A stretch of 64,000 nucleotides of DNA, taken from contig JAUSJH010000006.1 of NCBI GenBank assembly GCA_030647655.1, positions 3,737-67,736 on the forward strand, written 5' to 3'. The translations under genes and the position numbers were made by a program. Below the pieces are notes generated by a model, which was given only the letters and a program-made list of their open reading frames with translations, did no database searches and had not been told where the DNA came from. The stretch is from a bacterium. GTDB taxonomy: Bacteria > Patescibacteriota > Minisyncoccia > Phycocordibacterales > UBA2100. This document shows positions 38,105 through 47,845 of the stretch, one piece after another. How positions within the stretch are numbered: position 1 is the first letter of the stretch; each line of letters begins with the position of its first letter.

Positions 38105-38652
38105 TTTGCTTCTTCTTGTTTCTCCTGCAGCGGCATGCCGAGGTGGCGAAGGAACGCTTCGGCTTCTTTTTTGTTTTTCGCCGTCGTGGTGATGGTGATG
38201 GCAAGACCGAAAATGTCTTTTGATTCCTCGTCTGAAGTCTCGGGGAATACGATGTGTTCTTTGAAGCCAATCGAGATGTTGCCCATCTCGTCGATAGCGC
38301 TCGTCTTTATGCCCCGAAAGTCTTTGACGCGCGGGAGCACGATATTTATGAGTTTACTTAAGAACGACTGCATGCGCGCGCCGCGGAGCGTCGTCTGGTA
38401 GCCCACCACGTCACCCGCGCGGCTTTTGAAATTCGCTATCGCTTTCTTCGCGGCGCGCGGCGCGGGAGCCTGCCCAGTGATGCGCGAAAGTCGGTCTACG
38501 ACAAGCTCGAGGCGTTTTTTATCTTTATTGACCTTGCCGACGCCCGAAGAAACGACGATTTTCACGACCTTCGGAGCCTGCATTACATTCCTGTAGCCAA
38601 GCTCACTTTTGAGTGCGTTGAATGTGCTCATGTGTGGTGTTGCTGTTTTCAT
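38098..38652 (-). CDS. rplE: 50S ribosomal protein L5
   Basis: Full-length L5 (…YRNVMQAPKVVKIVVSSGVG…). Confidence 0.9.
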   Translation of the reverse strand: MKTATPHMSTFNALKSELGYRNVMQAPKVVKIVVSSGVGKVNKDKKRLELVVDRLSRITGQAPAPRAAKKAIANFKSRAGDVVGYQTTLRGARMQSFLSKLINIVLPRVKDFRGIKTSAIDEMGNISIGFKEHIVFPETSDEESKDIFGLAITITTTAKNKKEAEAFLRHLGMPLQEKQEEAKK

Positions 38653-38661
38653 ACGAAATGT

Positions 38662-38979
38662 TTACTTCAGTGGTTCTCCACTTTTAACGGCGACGCGCCC
38701 ACGCTCCCCGTCTTTGCCGCGCACTATTCGAATGCGCGTGGGCTTGCCGCTCTTCGGGTCCATGAGCATCACGTTGGATACATGCATAGGCATCGATTTT
38801 TCCACGATCTGGCCTTTGCGGTTTTGCGCCGATGGCTTGCGATGCTTTTTGACGAGATTCATGCCGTCGATAAGGACCATTTCCTTGCGCGGCAAAACAC
38901 GAACGATGGCGCCGCTTTTCCCCTTGTTCTTGCCCGCAATAACGAGCACGGTGTCTCCTTTTTTCAATTTCATACGCAA
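38662..38979 (-). CDS. rplX: 50S ribosomal protein L24
   Basis: KLKKGDTVLVIAGKNKGKSGAIVRV KOW motif. Confidence 0.9.
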   Translation of the reverse strand: MRMKLKKGDTVLVIAGKNKGKSGAIVRVLPRKEMVLIDGMNLVKKHRKPSAQNRKGQIVEKSMPMHVSNVMLMDPKSGKPTRIRIVRGKDGERGRVAVKSGEPLK

Positions 38980-38997
38980 AAATTTATTTTGTACAGA

Positions 38998-39378
38998 CTA
39001 GACGATCTCGGGCGCAAGCGAGCCAATGCGCTGGTATCCGCGGTCCACGACCTCGCGTGGAATGGGGCCGAATACGCGATTCGCCTTTGGCTCCTTGGGG
39101 TCTTTGCCGCTACCGACGATGAGCACTACAGCATTCTCGTCGAAACGCACGTATGAGCCGTCTTTGCGACGGAGCGCATTGACCTGTCGCACGACGACCG
39201 CGCGATGCACTTCTTTTTTCTTAACCGACTTCCGCGGCTGGGCTGTTTGGATTGAAATTACTATTTCATCGCCAATACCCGCGTAGCGCTTCTTCGAGCC
39301 GCCCAATATTTTAAAGACACGGCCGATGATGCCGCCAGAATTATCTGCAATCTTTACGAGAGTTCTATCTTGTATCAT
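38998..39378 (-). CDS. rplN: 50S ribosomal protein L14
   Basis: MIQDRTLVKIADNSGG... Confidence 0.92.
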   Translation of the reverse strand: MIQDRTLVKIADNSGGIIGRVFKILGGSKKRYAGIGDEIVISIQTAQPRKSVKKKEVHRAVVVRQVNALRRKDGSYVRFDENAVVLIVGSGKDPKEPKANRVFGPIPREVVDRGYQRIGSLAPEIV

Positions 39379-39380
39379 AT

Positions 39381-39668
39381 CTATTCTTTTCCTCCGGAGG
39401 AGGATCCGCCTTCGGCGGACACCTCCGTGCGAGATACGAGTATGAAGCGTTTGCGTTTTGAGATGGGACGCGTCTCACGAATCACGACCTTCTCCCCCAC
39501 TTGTGCGGTGTTGCCCACATCGTGCACGAGAAATTTCTTGCTCAAGCGCATGAATTTCTTGTACTTCGGATGCTTCACGTAGCGCTCCACAGAAACGGTG
39601 GCCGTGTCTTTCATGGCGCGCTTAACGACGACGCCTTCGAATGTCTTGCCTTGTTTTGTTTCGTTCAT
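39381..39668 (-). CDS. rpsQ: 30S ribosomal protein S17
   Basis: GVVVKRAMKDTATVSVERYVKHPKYKKF... Confidence 0.9.
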   Translation of the reverse strand: MNETKQGKTFEGVVVKRAMKDTATVSVERYVKHPKYKKFMRLSKKFLVHDVGNTAQVGEKVVIRETRPISKRKRFILVSRTEVSAEGGSSSGGKE

Positions 39669-39683
39669 AAAGAATTGAATATT

Positions 39684-39887
39684 CTACGCGGCTTTCTTTT
39701 TCGAATCAATCTGACGAGCTCGCATCTCCGTCAAGATCTGTGCAATCTCGCGGCGCAGGTTTCTGCCTTCGCGCACGTTCCTCGTGCGACTACCCTCGCC
39801 CTGAAAGCGGAAAGTGCGCAATGCCTCGCGCTTATCGGCAACGAGCTTCTGCAATTCCGGGGCATCCTGTTTTGAAAAATTAGACAT
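39684..39887 (-). CDS. rpmC: 50S ribosomal protein L29
   Basis: LQKLVADKREALRTFRFQ...; start at the internal Met. Confidence 0.8.
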   Translation of the reverse strand: MSNFSKQDAPELQKLVADKREALRTFRFQGEGSRTRNVREGRNLRREIAQILTEMRARQIDSKKKAA

Positions 39888-39894
39888 AGTATTT

Positions 39895-40317
39895 TTATTC
39901 GCGCGCGACGACACGAACCTTGAGCGGTAACTTTGTCCCTGCCTTGCGCAGCGCTTCGCGCGCCATCGCCTCGGGTGCCCCGTCTATCTCGAAAATAACG
40001 CGGCCTGGGCGTACGTCGAATACAAATCCTGCGACGTCTCCTTTACCGCTTCCCATGCCGACCTCTGCCGCCTTCTGCGTGAACGGCCTGTCGGGAAAAA
40101 TGCGCGTCCATATCTTTGCGGATTTTCCGCCGGCACGCGTGAGCGCTCGACGAGCAGCCTCGAGCTGATTCGAGGTGACGCGCGCCTGCGAAAGTGCTTT
40201 GATTCCGTATGAGCCGAAAGCGACCGTGATGCCGCGTGTCTCCGGAGCGTTGAGGCGTTTCCCGCGTCGGCGACCACTCTGCCACTTGCGATATTTTGCT
40301 TTTTTAGGTGCGAGCAT
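39895..40317 (-). CDS. rplP: 50S ribosomal protein L16
   Basis: MLAPKKAKYRKWQSGRRRG...; start at the internal Met. Confidence 0.9.
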   Translation of the reverse strand: MLAPKKAKYRKWQSGRRRGKRLNAPETRGITVAFGSYGIKALSQARVTSNQLEAARRALTRAGGKSAKIWTRIFPDRPFTQKAAEVGMGSGKGDVAGFVFDVRPGRVIFEIDGAPEAMAREALRKAGTKLPLKVRVVARE

Positions 40318-40319
40318 AT

Positions 40320-41021
40320 TTATTTCCTGCTTGAAGCTACCCCGCCTTGGGCGGACTTTGCTTCTTTGTCGAAGATGTCTCCTCGGTAGATCCAAACTTT
40401 GACACCAACCACGCCGTATGGGAGATACGCTTGCTCACGCGCGAAATCTATATCGGCGCGCATCGTCTGGAGGGGTACGCGGCCGCGCTTTATCTCTTCT
40501 GTGCGCGACATCTCCGCCCCGCCGAGTCTGCCGGCAATCGCTATTTTCACCCCCTCGACATCGCGATTTGCCATCACTTTCTCCACCGTCTGCTTGAGGA
40601 CACGACGGAACGTCTGGCGTTTCTCCAAGCCCTCAGCAACCATATAGGCGACGACCGGCGACTGACTTTCCGGTGAACGAACTTCCTCTATATCGAGACG
40701 CACTGTTTTGCGCTCGGCGCGCGGCACTGTGCGGATGACTTTTTCTATCTCTTTGGTGAGCTTGGTCGAGCCTTCGCCACCGCGACCGATGACAAGGCCC
40801 GGACGCGAAGTTTTGATGATGACGCGGATGGCCTTCTCATTGCGCTCGATCTCGACAGAGCACACATAGTTGCCGCGCAAACGTTTCTTGAGAAAGCGGC
40901 GAATGGCGGCGTCGACACACACTCCGGTGCGATAATCTGCCGGTGTTTTGCCGAACCAACGACTTTTCCAGTCGCGGATGATGCCGAGGCGGTGCGCGTA
41001 TGGGTGTACGGTATGTGTCAT
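40320..41021 (-). CDS. rpsC: 30S ribosomal protein S3
   Basis: MTHTVHPYAHRLGIIRDWKSRWF...KH domain. Confidence 0.92.
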   Translation of the reverse strand: MTHTVHPYAHRLGIIRDWKSRWFGKTPADYRTGVCVDAAIRRFLKKRLRGNYVCSVEIERNEKAIRVIIKTSRPGLVIGRGGEGSTKLTKEIEKVIRTVPRAERKTVRLDIEEVRSPESQSPVVAYMVAEGLEKRQTFRRVLKQTVEKVMANRDVEGVKIAIAGRLGGAEMSRTEEIKRGRVPLQTMRADIDFAREQAYLPYGVVGVKVWIYRGDIFDKEAKSAQGGVASSRK

Positions 41022-41022
41022 A

Positions 41023-41433
41023 TTACTTGTCCGCCGAAGCCTTAGCGGAGGCGGATTTTACTTTCTTTGGTGAACTTCTTTTGGCAACTTTTCCTGGCTT
41101 TGTTGTTTTTGCCGTAGCGCCCAACTCAAGAAAAACAATACTCATCGTCTTCCTAATGGTTCCGGAGCGTCCACGCGCAAAAGGGCGCGCGCGGCGCATG
41201 ACCAAGCCCTTGTTGACTGTGATTGTTTTTACAAAAAGATTGTCGGCCGAAGCTCCCTTAGCACCAGCGTTGGCAACGGCGGAGTTCAAAAGCTTGCCGA
41301 TCGCCGGCGAAGACTTCTTCGGCAAATACAAGAGCGCCGCGCGCGCAGCCGCAACACTTTTGCCGCGAATGAGGTCCGCGACAAGCCTCACCTTGCGAGG
41401 CGACTGGTGGTAGTTGGTGAGTGTTGCTTTCAT
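41023..41433 (-). CDS. rplV: 50S ribosomal protein L22
   Basis: MKATLTNYHQSPRKVRLVADLIRGKSV... Confidence 0.9.
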   Translation of the reverse strand: MKATLTNYHQSPRKVRLVADLIRGKSVAAARAALLYLPKKSSPAIGKLLNSAVANAGAKGASADNLFVKTITVNKGLVMRRARPFARGRSGTIRKTMSIVFLELGATAKTTKPGKVAKRSSPKKVKSASAKASADK

Positions 41434-41460
41434 AGATTATTTATAGTGAGCACTGTCGAA

Positions 41461-41811
41461 CTATTTCTTCGCTGCGGCGGTCGTGTCGGCAGTTGCCTTT
41501 GCGGCCTGCGCGGTCGCAATTTCTGCCGCTTTCGCTGCCATTTCGGTCTCTTTTTGCATCTTACCGCCGTGCTTGATGAATTTGGTCGTCGGTGCAAATT
41601 CGCCTAATCGGTGTCCCACCATGTCTTCCGAGACGTACACATCATCGAAATTCTTGCCAGTGTGTACCGCAAATGTGTAGCCGACGAATTCAGGCGCTAT
41701 CTGCGAGCTTCGCGCCCACGTCTTAATAGCCCCCTGTCCCGATTTGCGCAGAGAGACTTTCTTCATCAGTTTGACGTCCACATACGGACCCTTTTTGAGT
41801 GAGCGTGTCAT
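41461..41811 (-). CDS. rpsS: 30S ribosomal protein S19 (Ala/Lys-rich C-terminal extension)
   Basis: [12 protein letters not shown]...FAVHTGKNF...[10 protein letters not shown]. Confidence 0.9.
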   Translation of the reverse strand: MTRSLKKGPYVDVKLMKKVSLRKSGQGAIKTWARSSQIAPEFVGYTFAVHTGKNFDDVYVSEDMVGHRLGEFAPTTKFIKHGGKMQKETEMAAKAAEIATAQAAKATADTTAAAKK

Positions 41812-41925
41812 ATCAATTTAAATCCCGCCGCAGCGGGAGTCCGCATAATGTATAGGAAACCGGGGGCAATGTCAACAAAAATCTCTCGCCCGCTTGCAAG
41901 TTGGGGCTACATTTATCGCGATTTT

Positions 41926-42768
41926 TTACTTCCGCTTCCCTACCTTACGACGGCTAACAATGAAAACATTGCTGTATTTCTTTGGGCGTCTTGTCTTCTG
42001 TCCTTTACCGGAAGGTTTGCCCCACATGGTTTTCGCGCGACGCAAACCGCGACCCTGACGGCCTTCACCTCCACCGTGCGGATGGTCTACCGGATTCATC
42101 GCCGTGCCACGGACCGTGGGCCGACGCCCTAGCCATCGGCTCCTTCCTGCTTTGCCGAGATTGACCAAGCGGTGCTCCTCGTTGGAAACTTCGCCCACAG
42201 ATGCCCACGCGGTCGAAATGACTCGACGCACTTCCGTACTAGGCATCTTGAGGTGCGTGTAGCCGGCGTCCTGCGCCACTATCTCGCAGTAATTACCCGC
42301 GGCGCGCGCGAGGACAGCGCCTCCATTCGGCTTTAATTCTATGTTGTAGACAAATGTGCCGACCGGCATTCCGCCGAGTGGAAGTCGGTTACCGAGAGCG
42401 ACCGGTGCAGTCTCGGATACAAGAAAGGTGTCGCCAACCTTCACTTTTTGCGGAAGCACGACGTAGCGTTTCTCACCGTCCTGATAGATGGCAAGCCCGA
42501 TGAATGCGGAGCGGAATGGGTCGTATTCTATGGAGACGATCTTGGCGGGAATATTCTTTTTGTCGAAACGAAAATCCACCTGCCGGTAGGTCTTCTTGTG
42601 TCCGCCGCCCTGATGACGCATCGTGATGCGACCATGTGAGTTTCTCCCGCCCATAGACCTTTTGCCGCGCATGAGCGATTTTTCCGGAGCATGACCCGAA
42701 AGCAATTTCCGGTACTCTATCGAGGTGTGCTGGCGCTGTGATGGCGATGTGGGTTTGTATGTTTTCAT
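41926..42768 (-). CDS. rplB: 50S ribosomal protein L2
   Basis: Full-length L2 (…GGGHKKTYRQVDF…HPHGGGEGR…). Confidence 0.92.
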   Translation of the reverse strand: MKTYKPTSPSQRQHTSIEYRKLLSGHAPEKSLMRGKRSMGGRNSHGRITMRHQGGGHKKTYRQVDFRFDKKNIPAKIVSIEYDPFRSAFIGLAIYQDGEKRYVVLPQKVKVGDTFLVSETAPVALGNRLPLGGMPVGTFVYNIELKPNGGAVLARAAGNYCEIVAQDAGYTHLKMPSTEVRRVISTAWASVGEVSNEEHRLVNLGKAGRSRWLGRRPTVRGTAMNPVDHPHGGGEGRQGRGLRRAKTMWGKPSGKGQKTRRPKKYSNVFIVSRRKVGKRK

Positions 42769-42801
42769 ATTTGTTTACTGTTCACTGTCAACTGTTAACT
42801 G

Positions 42802-43176
42802 TTAACTAATCGTAATCGTCTCTCCCTTTTTAAGGTACACATACGCTTTCTTGCCTCCTCCAGTCGTTCCACGCTTTCCGGTGCGCACAGAGCGGCGTAC
42901 CTTCCTCGGGATAGAAACGACACGCACCATGCGCGGGCTCACTCCATAGAGCGCACGTACCGCCTGCATCACATCGCGCTTCGTGGCTCTTTCGGCGATG
43001 TCGAAGGTGTAGACGCCGACGCCTTGGTGCATCGTCGCTTTCTCCGTGACACGCGCGTGCTTCAAGATGTGCGACAGGCCTGCGCTTATACCTGAAGCCA
43101 CGGCGGCCGGTTTTATCCTGGCCGGCGTGATAGCAACTGGCGGGAGAGACTTTTTGTTTCGCGTGAATAGTGCCAT
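42802..43176 (-). CDS. rplW: 50S ribosomal protein L23 (N-terminal extension)
   Basis: ILKHARVTEKATMHQGVGVYTFDIAERATKRDVMQAVRALYGV. Confidence 0.85.
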   Translation of the reverse strand: MALFTRNKKSLPPVAITPARIKPAAVASGISAGLSHILKHARVTEKATMHQGVGVYTFDIAERATKRDVMQAVRALYGVSPRMVRVVSIPRKVRRSVRTGKRGTTGGGKKAYVYLKKGETITIS

Positions 43177-43178
43177 AT

Positions 43179-43961
43179 TTATTTTTTAGCCCCTACGAGT
43201 GAAGTATCCGGGGCCTTGACCATAGCATCGTGAGGTTTAGAAACTCTAGAAGTCTTCGTTTTGCGCGGTGGTGCTTTCGGCTTCGCGCTCGGCTCCGTCT
43301 TGTGAAGACGGCTCTCGACAATAGCGACCGCGGCTTCCGGATTCTCGATGACGAGATACGAATTGCCGAGGATAGCGACAGGATTCAGGTTGCGCACGTC
43401 GATGCATGTCACATTGCCGAGATTGCGGAAACTCTTTTGCGCGGCGAGGTTGCGATCGGAGAGCGCTACGAGCGCGGCGTTCTTGCGCTTGGTCGTAAGT
43501 TTCGCAAAACCCGACACCTTCGAGAGCATCACGAGAGCGCGCTTCGCCGCGGCGGTCTTGGGCTCGCTGATTCCAAACGAATCAACGAAAAGTATCTCGC
43601 CTTCTTTGAGTTTGCGCGAGAGCGCCATAAAAAGGGCTTTCGCGCGCATTTTCTTTGGGATCGCCCGTGAATAATCCTTATCCTTGCGCGGCCCGTGCGT
43701 GACGCCTCCGCCACGCCAAATGGGAGAGCGGATAGAGCCGTGGCGCGCGCGGCCCGTGCCTTTTTGCTGCCATGGCTTTCTCCCGCCTCCTCTCACTTCG
43801 CCGCGCGTCTTCACGTGCGCCACGGTCGGTCGGGCATTGGCCTGCATCGCGGTTACCACCTGATGCATTAGGGAGTCGTTCCACGCAACGCCAAAGACAC
43901 TCTCCGGCAATTCGACGGAGCCCGCTTTCTTGCCTTGAATGTTGTAGATGTCGGTTTTCAT
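43179..43961 (-). CDS. rplD: 50S ribosomal protein L4 (C-terminal extension)
   Basis: Full-length L4 plus a Lys/Pro-rich tail. Confidence 0.9.
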   Translation of the reverse strand: MKTDIYNIQGKKAGSVELPESVFGVAWNDSLMHQVVTAMQANARPTVAHVKTRGEVRGGGRKPWQQKGTGRARHGSIRSPIWRGGGVTHGPRKDKDYSRAIPKKMRAKALFMALSRKLKEGEILFVDSFGISEPKTAAAKRALVMLSKVSGFAKLTTKRKNAALVALSDRNLAAQKSFRNLGNVTCIDVRNLNPVAILGNSYLVIENPEAAVAIVESRLHKTEPSAKPKAPPRKTKTSRVSKPHDAMVKAPDTSLVGAKK

Positions 43962-43968
43962 AAAAATA

Positions 43969-44577
43969 TTATCCTCTTATCTCAACGAGCGTGCCTGGGC
44001 GTCCCGGAATCGCACCTGAAATAACGAGTGTATTGCTGGCCACATCCACCTGCAAGACTTTGAGATTCGGCACCGTGATACGCTCCCCTCCCATACGACC
44101 GGCCATGCGCATGCCTTTTACCACACGCCCGCCAGCGCGGCCGCCGCCGCCGATAGAACCCGGAGAGCGCTCGCGATTCTTCTGGCCGTGACTGCGCGGA
44201 CCGCCGTGGAAACCGTGGCGCTTCACGACACCCTGAAATCCTTTTCCCTTTGAGGTCGCAGAGACGGTGACAACATCCCCCGGCGTGAAAATGGAGACGT
44301 CTATCGCGGAAGCAGGCTCCGGATTCGAAGCACCTGCTTCTAGGGAGAACTCGCGAATGTGCATAAATGGTTTCCCGGTCTGTGCCTTGTTGAGACGCGA
44401 TTCTTTCTTTGTGCCAAAGCCTACCTGAACAGCCGCATAGCCGTCTTTGTCCTGTGATTTCGTCTGAGTAACGGCGAGAGGGCCCGCGGTAACGATGGTC
44501 GCAGCGGAAACGACACCCTTCTCATCGAAGACCTGCGTCATACGGCCCTTGGTTCCGAGCATGAATTTTGTTGTCAT
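43969..44577 (-). CDS. rplC: 50S ribosomal protein L3
   Basis: Full-length L3 (MTTKFMLGTKGRMTQVFDEKG…). Confidence 0.92.
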   Translation of the reverse strand: MTTKFMLGTKGRMTQVFDEKGVVSAATIVTAGPLAVTQTKSQDKDGYAAVQVGFGTKKESRLNKAQTGKPFMHIREFSLEAGASNPEPASAIDVSIFTPGDVVTVSATSKGKGFQGVVKRHGFHGGPRSHGQKNRERSPGSIGGGGRAGGRVVKGMRMAGRMGGERITVPNLKVLQVDVASNTLVISGAIPGRPGTLVEIRG

Positions 44578-44697
44578 GAAATTGAAACGCCCGCAATAGC
44601 GGGCATACGATGCCTGCCATTGGTCCCTATGGGGACATGGGATGACAGGGAGTATACAGAGGCAAACTCAAAAGTCCACCCCCCTGTACTCGAAATG

Positions 44698-46149
44698 CTA
44701 AAGCGTGGGCTCGAGTGGCGACGCATGATTTCGTCGGCGGACCCAGAGCCATGAGACTACAAGAAGCGCCAGAAGCGCAATCACGCCAGTAAGCTTCAGG
44801 AGACCTGACGGTGAGAGGATGTCGCTTAAGGAGAACGTTTGCGATTTCAACTCTTTCGGAAGGCAGGTAGACGGAGCAATCTGATTGCAATCGTACGTCA
44901 GCAGAGACTCATCGACGAGCGTGCCGCCCTGATAGAGCTTCGCGGTGAGCTCGAACGTGTCGTAATTGCCTTTCGGGGTGAATTTCTCCGCGACGCCCAT
45001 CATGTCACCAGTCACGTCACCCGTATACGTATATTCGTGAATAAGTTTGCCCGAAGTGTCCGAGAGATGGAGGACGAGCTTGCCATTGGGTACAGACTCG
45101 CTCTCGCCGCTGTTGTGCAGGCACGAGAAGAGCGTCGTTTCCTCACCTTTGCGCAACGGAAATGCGGTCACTCCCGGAAAATTGATGCGCGTGCGGTCGA
45201 TTCCTGTGCGCGCGAAGCGCACGTTGATGATGGACTGCGTGTTGCCCCAGCCCACCCAGCCGATGAGTAAGTACACCGGATAGCGCGCATCGGTCGCGGT
45301 ATACGAGACTGTCGCGCTCCCGCCAGCGGGGACGGATACTTGCGAATCGCTTTGCGCTACCAGGTTGCCCGGCTGACCCGCATCCCATGTGTAAAGCTTC
45401 CACGACACGGGCACAAGTACTTTCTGCGCCGTGGTATTGCGTATGACCGCGCTTATCGGCACGGCCGCTACTTTGTCTGTGCGCGGCGGGAACGCGGCGA
45501 AGTAGTATGTGTTGCCCGCTACCGTGACCGCGTTCTTATCGAACGATACGAGTTTCTGCTGTTCGCCAGACACATGGAAGCTCGCTGTGTTACCGACAAC
45601 ATCGTCAGTGAACGAGAGGCCGAGCAGATTGTATTTCTTGGATGTGGTGAAGAAGGTGGCGATTTTGTAGTCGCCCGTAGATGCATAACTCGGAATATCC
45701 CACGTGAACGCGATGGGCAATGAGCCCTGCGCCGGTAGATTGATACCACTACGCACGAAGAATTGGTCAACGACATCGGGACCGTTCGGGTCTTTGGCGC
45801 CGGAATTATCCTTCAGTCGGAATACCTTGATATAGAGTGCGCCGTCCACGATTGGGTAGGGATTGTCGTTCTTGATGGCGCCGGTAAAGGTGATGGGCGT
45901 GCCCGAGACCGCGGTCGTGACACTTGAACTTACGTTCACTTGTACCGAACCGAAACGGTAGTACGCGAAGCAATCGGTAGTGCCAGCCGGAAACACGACC
46001 GTGGTGGTAGAAGGGACCGCATCAGCGTCGTCGGGCGCAAGCGTATCTTGTGCGAGTGCGAGCGGCGCGCCTGAGCTGGCAAGGAGAAGCACGGCACTGA
46101 TAAATGCGGTTCCGCGCCGAAGACTAACGATGAGAGAGTTCATAGACAT
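44698..46149 (-). CDS. secreted surface protein with C-terminal TM anchor, hypothetical
   Basis: Signal peptide, beta-rich 440 aa, C-terminal GVIALLALLVVSWLWVRRRN helix plus basic tail. Confidence 0.5.
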   Translation of the reverse strand: MSMNSLIVSLRRGTAFISAVLLLASSGAPLALAQDTLAPDDADAVPSTTTVVFPAGTTDCFAYYRFGSVQVNVSSSVTTAVSGTPITFTGAIKNDNPYPIVDGALYIKVFRLKDNSGAKDPNGPDVVDQFFVRSGINLPAQGSLPIAFTWDIPSYASTGDYKIATFFTTSKKYNLLGLSFTDDVVGNTASFHVSGEQQKLVSFDKNAVTVAGNTYYFAAFPPRTDKVAAVPISAVIRNTTAQKVLVPVSWKLYTWDAGQPGNLVAQSDSQVSVPAGGSATVSYTATDARYPVYLLIGWVGWGNTQSIINVRFARTGIDRTRINFPGVTAFPLRKGEETTLFSCLHNSGESESVPNGKLVLHLSDTSGKLIHEYTYTGDVTGDMMGVAEKFTPKGNYDTFELTAKLYQGGTLVDESLLTYDCNQIAPSTCLPKELKSQTFSLSDILSPSGLLKLTGVIALLALLVVSWLWVRRRNHASPLEPTL

Positions 46150-46150
46150 A

Positions 46151-47809
46151 TTACAGCTCCCGAACCAACGGTACGACGTTCACGGTCGTGGATTGTGTGA
46201 GTATCGAACCATCGAGCCCCGTGCATGAGAGCGTGTAGACGGTCTGGCTCTGGATTTGAGATGTGGCGACGCCTGAGGAGAGTGCCCCGCTCCAAGCGCC
46301 CGTGCCATTGGCGAGTGGGTCGCTCGGGCTCGTCACCTTGCAGGAATTGCCCACGACATTAGCGGCGCTCCACGAGACAGTCGTCGTGTCGCCCGGACGC
46401 ACAAGCGAAGGAACGGCACGGATGAGGAGCGCGGGCGTGCCTCCTCCGCCTCCTCCTATGCAGTAAGCGCCGCTCTGCGTTTGCGGTGGGGTGCACTGGC
46501 ATGATGGGTATGCTGTCTTGTTGAGGCCGTTGGAGCACAAGGTGCCAATGTCCACACAGGAAGAGCCGCTTTGTTTTTGCCCAGTGGGACAAGTGCACGA
46601 TGGATACGTCGTCTTGTTGAGGCCGTTGGAGCACAGATTCTGTGTGCCCGAGCAGGTGAATCTGAAGGTGGTCCATCCCGAGGAAAATCCGGGCTTGTCG
46701 AACGCAATGACCTTGATGGTCTTCCCGCCAGCTGTTGTGTATGTGCGAGAGGCCGATTGCGCGACTCCCGAGGCGACGTATCCCGAAGATGGAACGAACT
46801 GGTCTACGGTGCCATCTGCGTCCCAGTCCACGCCGTATCTCACTTGGTCACCGTCGGAATCCGTGGAGTAGAACGTGATGGTATGCGAGGTGCCGATGGT
46901 GCACTGGCCGGAGCCGGAGACAGTGGGAGCGGAGGGTGTGGAACCTGTGGTATCTGTAACAGTAATTGGATACGGGATTGTTTGCGTCGGAACAGTAAGC
47001 AAGAAATTGCCCTGTGATCTCCCTGCACTTGATGCCGCGGGTTTGTATACCCACATGGGTTCGTTGTTCCCTGTGCAACGGCGCGCTGCCAATGGTCCAC
47101 TCGTGGGGTCCAGTCTACCGTAGAATCTTCCCCTTGTGGCGGCAAAGGAAAACGAGAGCGGGACTGTGCCGAGATCGGAGGCAGTGCAGGTGCGCGAACC
47201 GTTCTCGGCCGCTTCTCCGCATGAAAGGTTGCCGACTCCTTGTACGGTCTGGTTTGGAGGTGCCGCGACAAGCGCCGCATAGATTTTTCCGTCTCGGACA
47301 CCGTTACGATCATGTCCTACAAAATCCTTTTCAAGACAGGCGAGCCGCGGCGCCGATGCTTGCGCGCGCCATTCTCCGTAGGGGCTGTCGTAGCCGAAGC
47401 CCGTGGAAAACCAATAGATGTCTTCGCTCGCGTGTCGGTCGAATGAGAGAACGAGCCGAGTCCCGCGCAAGACCGAGCCGCCGGGAGGAATGATTTCGCC
47501 TGTCGCCGCTTTTTTCACTACCGCGCGATATTGCACGGAAATCGTCGGATTACCGAATCCGAACGAATCCGGTCCGGAGCATTGGCGATCGGCGCCCAGC
47601 GGAACGAGGCAGGAGCGAATAAGTGTTCTAGAAACCGTCGTGCTCCACACGACGCTTTCCGCGTGAACAAGAAGGGGCAACACTATTGCAATTAAAAGCG
47701 CCGCCAGTGAAAGCGAATAGGCACACCAGAGAGTTCGATGCATATCTGCATTATAGAGCGTGGAAAGCGTCGGCGGCGACACAATGTGGCGACGTGTGTA
47801 CAAATTCAC
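46151..47809 (-). CDS. secreted Cys-rich repeat protein, hypothetical
   Basis: Signal/TM at N-terminus; two tandem about 33-aa Cys repeats (CSNGLNKT.YPSC.C...QSG..C), then a poly-Gly. Confidence 0.5.
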   Translation of the reverse strand: MNLYTRRHIVSPPTLSTLYNADMHRTLWCAYSLSLAALLIAIVLPLLVHAESVVWSTTVSRTLIRSCLVPLGADRQCSGPDSFGFGNPTISVQYRAVVKKAATGEIIPPGGSVLRGTRLVLSFDRHASEDIYWFSTGFGYDSPYGEWRAQASAPRLACLEKDFVGHDRNGVRDGKIYAALVAAPPNQTVQGVGNLSCGEAAENGSRTCTASDLGTVPLSFSFAATRGRFYGRLDPTSGPLAARRCTGNNEPMWVYKPAASSAGRSQGNFLLTVPTQTIPYPITVTDTTGSTPSAPTVSGSGQCTIGTSHTITFYSTDSDGDQVRYGVDWDADGTVDQFVPSSGYVASGVAQSASRTYTTAGGKTIKVIAFDKPGFSSGWTTFRFTCSGTQNLCSNGLNKTTYPSCTCPTGQKQSGSSCVDIGTLCSNGLNKTAYPSCQCTPPQTQSGAYCIGGGGGGTPALLIRAVPSLVRPGDTTTVSWSAANVVGNSCKVTSPSDPLANGTGAWSGALSSGVATSQIQSQTVYTLSCTGLDGSILTQSTTVNVVPLVREL

Positions 47810-47845
47810 AACTCCCGAAACAACGGTAAGGTGCCGCGGCGCAAT

